Positions 44,742 to 57,298 of a DNA stretch of 64,000 nucleotides are shown piece after piece. The DNA comes from Octopus vulgaris (lineage: Eukaryota), in NCBI GenBank assembly GCA_951406725.2, contig OX597831.1, forward strand, positions 28,458,001 to 28,522,000. Direction: 5' to 3'. The translations under genes were made by a program, and so were the position numbers. Under the pieces are notes generated by a model. It made no database searches. It worked only from the letters and a program-made list of their open reading frames with translations, and was not told the origin of the DNA. The first letter of the stretch is position 1. Every line of letters starts with the position of its first letter.

Positions 44742-45360
44742 TATATTCTTTTTTTACACTAGGCTCGAATTTTTTGGAGACTGGAACAGTCGATTAGACC
44801 GACCTAAGTACACAACTGGTGCTTAATTTATCGACTCCGAAAGGATGAGTGGCAAAGTCGACCTCGGCAGAATTTGAACTCAGAACGTAAGTAAAGAAAG
44901 ACGACATACTGCTAAGCATTTCGGCCGGCGTGCTAACGTTTCTTATTTCTTTACAGCCCATAAGGGGCTACATACAAAGAGTACAAACAAGGACAGACAA
45001 ATGGATTAAGTCGATTATATCGACCCCAGTGCGTAACTGGTACTTAATTTATCGACTTCGAAAGAATGAAAGGCAAAGTCGACCTCGACGGAATTTGAAC
45101 TCAGAACGTAACGGCATACGTAATATCTATTTCTTTACTACCCACAAGGGGCTAAACACAGAGAGGACAAACAAGGACAGACAAACGGATTAAGTCGATT
45201 ATATCAACCCCAGTGCGTAACTGGTACTTAATTTACCGACCCCGAAAGGACGAAAGGCTTAGTCGACCTCGGCGGAATTTGAAATCAGAACGTAACGACA
45301 GACGAAATACAACTAAGCATTTCGCCCGGCGTGCTAACGTTTCTGCCATCTCGCTACCTT
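44742..45360 (-). mobile_element. SINE family A tandem trimer (tail1, tail1, tail2)
   Basis: Three aaagtcgacctcg bodies; one junction reads gaaataagaaacgttagcacgcc on the minus strand, identical to the 25646 junction. Confidence 0.88.
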
Positions 45361-45503
45361 AAACAAAACAATATATTAATTTATGAAATTCCAACTTAGC
45401 CTGATTTTCATGCTTTGTTATTTGCAATTTTTACAATTTTTACAATTTACGCAACCATCAGACTTATGTAGTGGCAGTCATGTTCCGCAAATGACAACTG
45501 TTA

Positions 45504-45614
<111 letters not shown>

Positions 45615-45630
45615 ATATATATATATCTAT

Positions 45631-45666
<36 letters not shown>

Positions 45667-45809
45667 CCTACCTACCTATCTATCTATCTATTTTATCTAT
45701 CTATCTATTATATATGCATATATATATATTTTAAATATATATATACATATCATGTACATATATATTATGTATATATAAATATATGTGTCTGTTTGAGTGT
45801 GTATGGATG

Positions 45810-45877
<68 letters not shown>

Positions 45878-45880
45878 CAT

Positions 45881-47362
45881 AAGCCAATACTGAAACACAT
45901 TCCAAGTATTGTAAGAGATGACCTGGACCTATTAAATCATCTCCCCAAACATGCCGATAAAGACACCTTAATCGTTTCTTTTGATGTTATTAATCTTTAC
46001 ACCACAATCCCACATGAATATGGACTGGAAGCCATTAAATTCTGGCTGGATAAATATCCCAATGAGATCCCGGAAAGAATTAAAAAAGAATTCATAATTG
46101 AGGGCCTCAAATTTATTCTGCAAAACAACTTCATGTATTTCCACAACAACACTTACAGACAGGTCTCAGGAACTGCAATGGGTACGAAAGTTGCACCTAC
46201 CTATGCAAACCTGGTGATGGCCTACCTGGAATCACATATCTATGAAAAATCCAAATATAAGTACGGCCAGTCTTTCCACAAATACCTGTTGGAGAACTGG
46301 AAACGCTACTTAGATGATTGCCTCATCCTATGGTCCCACACACTCGACCAACTTAAAGACTTCAAAAACCTTATCAACAGTGTTAATAACAACATTCAAT
46401 TCACAATGGAATATAGTCAGGACCAACTCCCTTTTCTTGACATCCTAATCATTAAAAAAGGCGTCAACATTGAAACTGACATCCATTACAAACCCACTGA
46501 CTCTAAACAATACCTTCTATTCACCTCCAATCACCCAAAACACACAAAGACAAATATCCCCTTCAACCTAGCGAGAAGAATCTGCACTATTGTCTCAAAT
46601 GACACAACACGAAATAGAAGACTCCGGGAACTAAGGGCAATTCTTCTCGAAAGACATTACCCGGCATCACTAGTAGACAACGGAATAGAACGGGCCAAAT
46701 CAATCAACATTCAAGACCTACGAAAACCCAAACACATCCACAGTTCAGTAAATAGCCTCCCCTATCTCTCAACACACAACCCAAGGAATGCAGAAGCTTA
46801 CACTATTATATACAACAACATTCCACAACTAAATCAAGACCCACGCCTGAAAAAAATACTGGCAGCTCATAAAATAATAAAAAGTAAGAGACAACCTAAA
46901 TCCCTAAAAAACCTCCTCACCAACGCAAAATTACACAACACAAACCCACCGCCCACCATCAAAAAATGTGGTCGCCCCAATTGCAAGACCTGCATCCACC
47001 TCATTGAGGGATCGTCGTACAAGTTCCACTCGGGACACACATTCATCATAAAAAATAATTTCACGTGCGCATCAAAAAATTTACTCTACGTCATAAGGTG
47101 TGAAGGATGCCACGAAGACTACATAGGGCAAACGAGCCTTACCCTCAGAGAAAGAATGACAGTTCACCGACAACAACTGAGGGACCCCTCCACAAGACAG
47201 ATACCACTAAGTGGACACTTAGACCTTTGTGCACACAATAAGTCCCCCAAATTCTTAGTCTTCCCACTATACCAATGCTCGGACAACACCACAGACCAAA
47301 CACGAATAAATAAGGAAAGTAATCTTATTCAAAAATACAGACCACAACTAAACATACTCTAA
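45881..47362 (+). CDS. Penelope-like reverse transcriptase + GIY-YIG endonuclease (partial, 493 uninterrupted codons)
   Basis: RT motifs SFDVINLYT, GTAMGTKVAPTYANL, RYLDD, FTME, LPFLD, HYKPT; Cys linker CGRPNCKTC; LLYVIRCEGCHEDYIGQT, R..H, E and C-terminal PQLN of GIY-YIG. The first 28 aa of the tracked ORF come from microsatellite. Confidence 0.95.
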   Translation, partial: KPILKHIPSIVRDDLDLLNHLPKHADKDTLIVSFDVINLYTTIPHEYGLEAIKFWLDKYPNEIPERIKKEFIIEGLKFILQNNFMYFHNNTYRQVSGTAMGTKVAPTYANLVMAYLESHIYEKSKYKYGQSFHKYLLENWKRYLDDCLILWSHTLDQLKDFKNLINSVNNNIQFTMEYSQDQLPFLDILIIKKGVNIETDIHYKPTDSKQYLLFTSNHPKHTKTNIPFNLARRICTIVSNDTTRNRRLRELRAILLERHYPASLVDNGIERAKSINIQDLRKPKHIHSSVNSLPYLSTHNPRNAEAYTIIYNNIPQLNQDPRLKKILAAHKIIKSKRQPKSLKNLLTNAKLHNTNPPPTIKKCGRPNCKTCIHLIEGSSYKFHSGHTFIIKNNFTCASKNLLYVIRCEGCHEDYIGQTSLTLRERMTVHRQQLRDPSTRQIPLSGHLDLCAHNKSPKFLVFPLYQCSDNTTDQTRINKESNLIQKYRPQLNIL

Positions 47363-47781
47363 CATACCCCCTGGGCACACATCCAGAGCAGGCACACAGG
47401 GGCACGCGCACACTCACAGCATATCGTGCGGGTGGGCACATGCGCGCATCGGCACGCATAGGACACACTAGCGGGCATTGACCGCACACATACGTGGCAC
47501 GCACACGCATGCATTATATATATGTAGGTTATGTATGTGTGTGAGTGTTGTGTGTGTGTGTGTGAGTGTGCACGTTGTGTGTGTGTGTGTGCGCGTGTGT
47601 TTATGTGTGTGTGTGTGTGTGCACTGTGTGCGTGTGTGTATGTGTGTGTGTGTGCGCGCGTTGTGTGTGTGTGTGCACGTGTGTATATATGTGTGTGTGT
47701 GTGCACTGTGTGCGTGTGTGTGTGTATGTGTGTGTGTGTGAGCATTGTGTACGAGTGTATGTATTTACATGTGTATTTGTT

Positions 47782-47815
<34 letters not shown>

Positions 47816-48610
47816 CTGTGTGTGTATATGCATGGTATGTGTGTATATGTGAGTACATTGTTTGTGTGTGTGTGCGGTATGTAGAGATATATTTGAGTGT
47901 GTACACTATAGGTTTGTATTTTGTGTGTGTGGGTGTGTGTGTGAATTTTATATATATATGTGTGTGTATGTGTGTGAAAAAATATATGTATGTGCATGTA
48001 TGTATGTATGTATATGTGTATATATATATATATATGTGTATATATATATATGTGTGTGTGTATGTGTGTGTGTGTATATATATTTTCATGTATATGGGTG
48101 TATAAACATGTGCATTATTTGCATGCGCATTGTGTATATGTATATTGTATGTATGTGTATTGTATATGTATGTGTACAATTAAGTGTATATATGTGTGTA
48201 TGTGTGCATTGTATATATGTATATTGTAAGTGTGCTATATATACATGAATACATGTATATACGTTGCGTGTATATATATGTATGCATTGTGTATGTATGT
48301 TATGTGTGTGTGTGTCTATATATTTTATATGTATGCGTACGTGTATGTGTATGCATTGTATGTATGTATATTGTGTGTATATGTGGTATATCTATGTATG
48401 TGTATGTAAACACTATTTATATGTATATATGTATATATGTATATGCATTGTCTATATATATATATATTATATGTATGTATTGCGTATGTATATTGCATGC
48501 ATATATTGTGTATGTGTATTATATACATGCTGTGTATGTGTATTGTATGTGTATATATATGCTAGGTGTATTTGTGTGATATTTATATTATGTATATATG
48601 TGTGCGTGTG

Positions 48611-48664
<54 letters not shown>

Positions 48665-49417
48665 TTTATATATGTGTGTATATTATATATAAATACATGT
48701 TATATTTGTGTGCTGTGTGTATATATTATATATGTGGGTGCGTTGTGTGTGTGTGTGTTCTGTGTGTGTGTGTGTTGTGTGTATGTGGTGTGTGTGTGTA
48801 TACTATGTGTGTGTGTGTATTGTTGTTGTGTGTGTGTGTGTATATATGTGTGTGACAAACAGACGCTGTCTGACCAGCAGGCACACGGACACATCTATTC
48901 ACACCCGCATACTCACCTCCCAATAACCCCAAAGTCACTGATGCTTGAAGGGGAAGTATAAACCAAATTGGGTACATATCTTTTTTTTCTCTCAATTCAA
49001 CTTTTCTGCTAAAACAAACAGGTCAGTAAAAAACAAATTCTCGCCTTCGATTCAAAATATTCTGAGATGTCTAAAATATCCATTTTAATTTTCTCTGTCA
49101 ATATTACAAGCTTTCTCACCAAACTATTACACTTCCTTATGTCTTTAACATGTCATTTCTACCAAAGACTGTATATATATACATGTAATGTGACAATTTG
49201 CGACAACCAATAATTAACGCAACCAAATTTCCAATAATATATTTGTTTTATTCTTTTCTGCCAATTTTTCCAAATATTCTCATCACACTATTGAACTTTT
49301 TTATACTATATTTATACATGTAATGTGACAATTATGTATAAAAAAACATTTTTGAATTCATAATATTCAATGTGACAATTATGTAAAAAACTTTTTTTGA
49401 ACCCATAATATTCAATG

Positions 49418-49463
49418 TTACTTTTGACAATCTTTTTAACAAAGAGTGAAACCGGTTAAGTAA
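49418..49463 (+). ncRNA. Type I minimal hammerhead (U3-A8 core variant) at the Penelope 3' terminus
   Basis: UUACUU UUGACAA UCUUU-UUAAC-AAAGA GU GAAA CC GG UU AAGUAA: 6-bp stem I, palindromic stem III ACCGGU, GUU site. Confidence 0.7.
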
Positions 49464-49501
49464 ATAAACATCGTTTAAATTGCATTTTCAAACCTTTTTT
49501 C

Positions 49502-49592
<91 letters not shown>

Positions 49593-49676
49593 TTATTTAA
49601 AAACAGAACACAAAGGATATATCAAATAAAATTAAAAACAATACTTATCAAGTATTCACTCTAAATTGACAGTACC

Positions 49677-49746
<70 letters not shown>

Positions 49747-50217
49747 AAACGAGTATGTTTTTGTATTGGAACTGAATTAATTTACTCAGGATATTTTTTG
49801 AATTAATCAGAAGCATTAATGAGAAACCAACACATTCTGTTAGAGAACCTAAAATAAATATATTTATTCATGATTTCGGCGTAGCAGCGGTGAATAGGTT
49901 ATTTATTTATAATTCAATCTGCGTTTGAGTTTCTTACAATTAAATTATTTTCAAATTTCTCCGTAGATTGAAAAAAATTACAACAAATATCTTCGCATCT
50001 CGCTGGTTGAGAGAAAAGCTTCTAATTGGACGGTCGATAGCTGTCAGGGTTTCTATGGTGCTTTATGCTGGCTGTCTCATTCTTCATCCTGGCTATTCAT
50101 ATTTCCGACAGAAATATTTATTCAATGTATATGCATGCATGTATATATACGTATGCTAGTCTATATAAGCGTGGATATGTATGTACGTGCATATGTACGC
50201 AAGTATATATACGTATG

Positions 50218-50278
<61 letters not shown>

Positions 50279-50743
50279 TGTTTAAGTAAGTATGTATTTG
50301 TGGAATTCTCTGCCGACCTGTATTTACTCCACTGTCACCGATGAAGAGCAAATAAAATAAAATCATGACACATCGTCAGGTAGTCCAAGAAATCTAATGG
50401 TATATTACGATTGCCAGTGTCACCCGTGATTGATGGCACCGTGTTACAAACGGGGGCTGATGTAGTATATATATACACATATATGTAGTATATATAAACA
50501 TATATATGTAGGATATATATATATATCTGTGTGTGCGTGTACATATATATATATGCACACATATATATTAAAGAAATTATGTTCAAATAAAGAAATAATA
50601 TACACGTATATAAATATATGTATGCATGCATACTCACACGCGCACACATATGTAGGATTGTATGTAAATATATAAATATATGCATGCATGCATACTCACA
50701 CGCACACACATATATATATGATTTTATGTATGTAAATATATAT

Positions 50744-50778
<35 letters not shown>

Positions 50779-50779
<1 letters not shown>

Positions 50780-50960
50780 TAGCAGAGATACCCGGCGTTG
50801 CCCGATTACATTCAATTAAAGAATTAGAGTTTTCTCTTATATTTTCTGAATGAACTGGAATATCTATGTTTGGAATTTCCTCAAAATTGCAGATGAGGGT
50901 TATTTCCCTCTTTACACACCCTAAAATAATTGTAATTGTGCCACATGGAAACCAAAAAAT
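50779..50960 (-). mobile_element. Helitron-like 3' terminus
   Basis: Minus strand CGGGCAACGCCGGGTATCTCTGCTAG; inner boundary uncertain. Confidence 0.5.
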
Positions 50961-51946
50961 CGAATGATCACAATAAGCAGTCAGTTACCCTACCCTAGTC
51001 GTTGCCACTCCCAATGTAGGATTCCTCACCATCCAGGTGACAGGCACAGCCGTAAGATGCATTACGAATCTATAGCAATTGGAAGGGCGTGACCCAACTG
51101 AAATCAACATTAACAACTGTGTGACGTTGTTAATGTTGCTCCCCAACATCATTGTCTCTTCACCAATACATCAAACTGGGTCAAAGGATAGGAGAATCGA
51201 GGAAGTGTTTATGGCTGCTCGCAACTATACAGGGTTGTAAAACCATTGGTGAAATCATGGTACATGTTCTCAAGTCATGCTCGGTTGTGGGACGACGACG
51301 AGTTTAGAAAACTGTGCATGTATAAATATCTGTATGTATGTATATGTGTATGCATGCATGCATGTGTGTATATGTAAGTGTGTAGGTATACATACCCACA
51401 CACATATGTACATATATACATGCAAGCACATATATATATATACATATAAATATATGTATAAATGCATGTATGTATGTGCGTGTGTATATATATATATGTA
51501 TATATATATACATATACATATATACACATATACGCCTATGCCCGAACGGTCACATATGTAGTTCGGCTCATTCCAAACATCGTAGAGAGATCATAAATGT
51601 GCTACGCGTAGGTGTATGTGTGTCTTTCTGTGTATATATGTAGGCGTAGAATATGTTGATGTGTGTGTAATATATTTATATCTTGCACAATAAGAACTTT
51701 GACACCCATATGTTTAGCATTACGCACACACACACACACACACACACAGACATACACACACATACACACGCACACACACACATGCACACACACACACGCA
51801 TGCACACACACACACACTCTCTCTGTTTGTATTCCACACGCATGTTTGTATATGTACATCTGTATAATCTTAATATATAAATATATATAAATGTATGTAT
51901 ATATGCATATGTGTATAAATTCATATTTATGTGTGTATATATATAT

Positions 51947-51987
<41 letters not shown>

Positions 51988-52403
51988 CATACATACATAT
52001 ATATACATATATATATATACATATACACACATTTATACATGCTCATTATAGAAATTTATACACACACATATACACATTTGCATATACAAACACCTGTATA
52101 TATATTATATGTATATGCATACGTATATGTGTACATGTAAATATATGTTTATGTTTAACATGCATATACACATGCATAAGCACACACACACACACACACA
52201 CACGCAGACATACATATAAATGGACATGTATAGATGCATACACCTCCATATCGATGCATGTAATTTCATATATGATTATATATGCACATTTGTAATTATC
52301 TTCATTCGCGTAACCTACTAATTACTGTATGTAAATACATGTATCTGACACCTCTCTCATTTTTCTCTTACTCTCTCCCTCTCTTGCTGTGACTCTGCTT
52401 GTT

Positions 52404-52446
<43 letters not shown>

Positions 52447-52495
52447 ATATATGTATATATGTATGTGTGTATCTATGTATATGTATACACACACA

Positions 52496-52580
<85 letters not shown>

Positions 52581-53080
52581 GCATGTGTGTGTGTGTAATG
52601 AATGTCGTTTAACTGATGTAACACAACTGCCACTCGGGCAACAATTATTTTCCCTTACATTTGAGATTGAACTAAATATTTCGACCCTTGTTCGTACGAC
52701 CGATTGAACCCGAGATTGTAATCTTTTAATTAATCGATAGCTATCTATGCCATTCTTTCATAGCCATCGTTGACTATCTTTCATTATTTGTCAAACATCA
52801 AGCAGTAGGCTGACACAGTTGTTAGTATGTTTTGAAAAAAAAAAATTGCTTTGCGTTATTTCATCCGATTCGTTTCGTTCTGAGATCATATTAAGACGAG
52901 GCTCTTCTTTGCTTTCCATCGTTTCCAGTTTCATAAAATAAGTATCAGTCCATGCTTTCTCATGATGAAAATTTCAGGATTATGCGGTTCTTACACTATA
53001 TATATATATATATATATATAGCAATAATAGCAATAATAAATCTCTGAACGAGATGTAAACAGTAACTGCTCGACAACGTA

Positions 53081-53390
53081 AAGTATACTAGCCATCTCAA
53101 TATGGCTAACCACTAAGAGTGGGTGTTACTGTAGCTTTTAGCCCCAGGAGATCATCGTCCCTTCATCGAAAACCGGTGATTGCCGTACACCGAAAACAGG
53201 CAAATACCTAGAAACTGGAGTCCGTGCGTATCACTTAGGTTGACGAGAGAGGGATGACCTCCCTTTGCAAATACCATAAGAGCACAGAAAGTGTGCCTAA
53301 AGCCAGCTGGAGACGATGTTCTCCTGGGGCTAAAAGCTACAGTAACACCCACCCTTAGTGGTTAGCCATATTGAGATGGCTAGTATACTT
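53081..53390. mobile_element. 310-bp element with 79-bp inverted arms (MITE-like or fold-back)
   Basis: Arms 53081-53159 and 53312-53390 differ at about two positions; a diverged single arm lies at 17310-17390. Confidence 0.8.
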
Positions 53391-53398
53391 ATATATAC

Positions 53399-53436
<38 letters not shown>

Positions 53437-53444
<8 letters not shown>

Positions 53445-53820
53445 TGAAGTTGTCTGTGTATGGCAGGTTTGATAGCCTTCAACTAACACTATCTCCTACG
53501 AGACCCTGCGGCGCAAGTTGACCAAAATCGAGAGTATGATAGAAGAAGGCTTGTGCTTCCTTCCGTAGAAGAAAAAGTTCAAATCGGACCATGTTAACAC
53601 CAAAAATTATTTATATCAAAAAGGTGCTTTTTTTTCTATGAAAATTCCTATTTTTTACGAGTTTTTGACTGCTGTGTCGCCATTTTTCGGTGTATTTCAA
53701 CCAGAAAAATGTTCCCTTAAAGAGAATAACAAGCTACATAATGCAAAATTTTTTACTTTTCAAAAATTCCAATTCTAAAGGGTCGAAACAAACCCTAGCA
53801 ATGCCGGGCGATACTGCTAG
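53437..53820 (+). mobile_element. Non-autonomous Helitron-like element
   Basis: Head tatatgaagttgtctgtg; 3' end CCCTAGCAATGCCGGGCGATACTGCTAG followed by T. Confidence 0.6.
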
Positions 53821-53854
<34 letters not shown>

Positions 53855-53865
53855 TATAAATATAT

Positions 53866-54910
53866 ATTTGATTTAATCTTAAATATTTCACCTTTAAAGT
53901 GGAACTCTGTACCCTCCAAAAGGTTGGGGCATGTGTCACAGTTAAGTCAACCGCATTTTTAAACTTTTGCTTCCGTTGTTAACAGATAAAGTCTTGCGTT
54001 AGTTATTATTCTATTCAATGATTTCGGTTGCATTTTGCTCTTGATAATTTTGTGTGAGCCTAACATTGTGTTCATTGATTTATCTCCTGTGAGAATGGGT
54101 AGATTTTGGATGATAATGCCGAAGGCTTCGTTGTTTCTAGGGTTATGTGTGGAGATGTATGGGAGTATTTTAAAGTCTGGTGTAGTATTTCAGTTGACTT
54201 CCCTTAATGTTCGTATGTCTATTTCCTTTGCTCGTTTAATCCCATCGGTTATTTATGTTGTTGAGTGATGTCTCTTGATTAGTATTGATCTGAGTTCAAG
54301 GAGTCTTCGTTCAAGATTATTGGCTTCCGAAACCATGGTGCAAATTCTTTCGCTAGATTATAAGGTATATTAATTTTTATGTGTTTGGGGTGGCATTAGT
54401 TGAATAATAGGTGTTGTTTTAAATCTGTGGGTTTATAGAAGATGTCTGTTTTGATGTGGTTATTGACAATTTTAATTAGGATGTCACAAAAAAGGGAGTT
54501 GTTTATTCCTGTGTTCCATAGCAAGTTGTATGTTGCTATTGATATTGTTGAGCACTATTTCGAAATCGAGGAGTTTGTTCATGCTATCTTTTCAAAGTAT
54601 AAAGCGATCATCTTAATACCTCTTCCAGTTCTCCTTTAAATAACAATGAAATGAGCTGCCATATTTTTGTAGTGATGATTGGTATATTTTAAGTTGTAGG
54701 TAACCCAATACAAGGTTCGCGATCACTGGGCAGCTCGGGTTCCCATAGCAATTCCACATTTTTGTTGATAGTAGACTATATCGAACATGAAATAGTTGTT
54801 CAGTAGGATGAATTTCAGTGCTGCAATTACAAATCTGTGGTTAATGCGTCCTGGGATCTCTTCTGGGTATTTTTCTAGCCAGAAGCTGATTGCTTCTATG
54901 CCATAATCAT
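53866..54910 (-). pseudogene. Decayed Penelope-like (Neptune) RT-to-linker fragment
   Basis: Minus strand [42 protein letters not shown]...NCDTCPNLLEGTEFHF aligns to the intact ORF; stops and frameshifts; both ends in (TA)n. Confidence 0.9.
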
Positions 54911-54923
54911 ATATATATCTACA

Positions 54924-54984
<61 letters not shown>

Positions 54985-55050
54985 ATTATTTGAGGGAATA
55001 AAATCCAAACTTACAAGGAAAAAAATTCAATATATATATACATATGTATG

Positions 55051-55103
<53 letters not shown>

Positions 55104-55110
<7 letters not shown>

Positions 55111-56111
55111 AAACCGGAGTGGCAAATACACGAATTCAGTCACTTACCGTTAATAGCGAACACGGTGTTTCTGGATCACAAACATATAAAAAAAGGGTGA
55201 GTTTGAATTCCTTCATCAGCGCTATATTCGTTAGCTTTATCAAATGCCACCAACCCTCACTTCTGACCCAGCGACATCAGATAGTGGGGGGAAGTGCGCA
55301 GATGTTAAAACCAAGTAAACGACTGGGAACGTAAATTTTCCCTCCAAAATTCTGCCATGCGCGCCTTCTGGGTAATCGTAATGGAATGAGGAATCCACAT
55401 GGTAATACAATAAAAATGGTAAATAATTTTCCTGTGGTTTTTCATGTAACCAACATTTATTTACCGGTAAATTTCGGTATGTAAATACGACAAAATAATT
55501 GTCAAGACCTTTGTAAGGTTCAGTATATAGTAAAGAAAAATAAGTTGGCTAGCAGCAAGCTGTTTCGCCTCATACCGAAGGAATTAGAAATGGCAGTCAA
55601 AGACCATTTTTTCCATTTCTATAAGTGGAGGTTCCAAAAACGAAGGCCCTTGCGGCTCACATACACAAAACCGGAGTGGCAAATACACGAATTCAGTCAC
55701 TTACCGTTAATAGCGAACACGGTGTTTCTGGATCACAAACATATAAAAAAAGGGTGAGTTTGAATTCCTTCATGTTTGTGATCCAGAAACACCGTGTTCG
55801 CTATTAACGGTAAGTGACTGAATTCGTGTATTTGCCACTCCGGTTTTGTGTATGTGAGCCGCAAGGGCCTTCGTTTTTGGAACCTCCACTTATAGAAATG
55901 GAAAAATTGGTCTTTGACTGCCATTTCTAATTCCTTCGGTATGAGGCGAAACAGCTTGCTGCTAGCCAACTTATTTTTCTTTACTATATACTGAACCTTA
56001 CAAAGGTCTTGACAATTATTTTGTCGTATTTACATACCGAAATTTACCGGTAAATAATTGTTGGTTACATGAAAAACCACAGGAAAATTATTTACCATTT
56101 TTATTGTATTA
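55104..56111 (-). mobile_element. Non-coding hammerhead-bearing retrozyme-like or Penelope pseudo-LTR element with direct and inverted repeats
   Basis: Identical 113-bp direct repeats (55104-55216, 55661-55773; period 557 bp) and 340-bp inverted arms (55403-55742, 55772-56111; two mismatches; 29-bp spacer); flanked by (TA)n. Confidence 0.85.
55153..55225 (-). ncRNA. Type I hammerhead ribozyme, canonical core
   Basis: AUAGCG CUGAUGA A GGA.auu.CAAAC-loop-GUUUG.uga.UCC A GAAA CAC C GUG UU CGCUAU: 6-bp stem I, stem III ACAC/GUGU with a 1-nt loop, GUU cleavage triplet (cut between 55159 and 55158). Confidence 0.8.
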
Positions 56112-56119
56112 TTTTATTT

Positions 56120-56149
<30 letters not shown>

Positions 56150-56150
<1 letters not shown>

Positions 56151-56340
56151 ACGGGAAGGTTTACGAAAATAAACAAAAGACAAAGGCAGGTGGAGTACAA
56201 ACAAACAAATTTTTTTTGTATGGCGCTCAGGAATAGAAATAGAACAAGTCTTTTACGTTTCGAGCCTACGCTCTTCGATAGAAAGATACACAGAAAAAAA
56301 CAAGGAGAGAAACAAGGAGAGAGGAAAAAAATGCACATCT
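56150..56340 (-). mobile_element. Short Penelope-type 3' terminus with hammerhead-like motif (56249-56286)
   Basis: UCUUU CUAUCGA A GAGC-GUAG-GCUC GAAA CG UA AAAGA, followed by a ~100-nt tail into (TA)n. Confidence 0.65.
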
Positions 56341-56359
56341 TTATATAGCTTGTTCATAC

Positions 56360-56410
<51 letters not shown>

Positions 56411-57262
56411 GGGAGAGAGAGAAGCGAGCACACTATATTGTTATATTGTAAATGTCCTCCAGGACCTCACGCTATACTCTGACTTGCGCAGTAGACAGCA
56501 TGCTACAATGTAAATATCTCGTATACTGCACGCTATATGAATGGCACACTCAGTTAAGCAAACGATGTCAAAACTCCGAAATTCATTCAATAAATAGATT
56601 ATACGAAGATTGAAACTGATATTCAAACAATGAAACAATGCAGATACACCTCTGTTATTAAGGTAAGTCGATATGGAATTAAACGTATTTGTACTATTAC
56701 TTAGGGTAATTTTGTTACAGACAGAGTCAATAAATCTATAAACTAATTGTGTTTGCTTTAGAATATCTGAAACTGTTCCAAACTTGATTTGTTTCCATAA
56801 GCATTAATTAATTTTATGAATTCTCTCAATTAACATCATAGGGCCTCCTAAGTCTCTGAGTTGGGAGTAAATACTATAATTTGTGAAGGTAGATTTAGCA
56901 AACCGTTTTGTTTAAAATATCGGTATGGTTGATTTACGGGTGATTTTAAATGTTTTCTTTTTTCTTGGCTTCATTCAACTCAGGGTATCTTGGGTAAGGT
57001 CCTTCTCATTAGTTGGGATCGAATTAAAGGTTAAGAAGATTTGGTAGATGTACACGTTGAGGGGGTATTCACACACACACACATATATATATGTACACAC
57101 ACGCATTTGCGCACCGTAGATCAGTCGGGCCTCCGTTGTTATCTCCCTTTCACTCAGCCTCTTTCTTTCGGTCATTTTCTCATGTTGAACCGTTATTCGT
57201 TATATATATATTTATCTCTCTTCTTTTTTTTCGTTCTCTCTCCATTTTTCCCCATCTCAATC

Positions 57263-57298
57263 CTTTCTGCCGAAGAGCGTAGGTTCGAAACGTCAAAG
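57263..57298 (+). ncRNA. Hammerhead-like fold in a Penelope-type terminus (about 57110-57390)
   Basis: CUUU CUGCCGA A GAGC-GUAG-GUUC GAAA CG UC AAAG. Confidence 0.62.

Larger units (their letters stand above)
45881..49502 (+). mobile_element. Penelope-like retroelement (Neptune-type), 5'-truncated, between (TA)n tracts
   Basis: RT + GIY-YIG ORF, long low-complexity 3' region, terminal hammerhead at 49418-49463 and a ~45-nt tail before (TA)n. The 3' boundary is inferred from the hammerhead. Confidence 0.85.

Noticed and set aside
44742-45360. CRISPR-like repeated units
   Set aside because: Tandem SINE monomers in eukaryotic DNA; no repeat-spacer periodicity and no cas genes.
45797-45880. N-terminus of the 521-aa ORF
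   Set aside because: Lies in flanking (TA)n; the element is 5'-truncated and lacks the upstream RT motifs.
55545-55969. Mirror-image ORFs MASSKLFRLIPKELE on both strands
   Set aside because: Artefact of the 340-bp inverted repeat; TTG start, no motifs, and antisense to the ribozyme strand.
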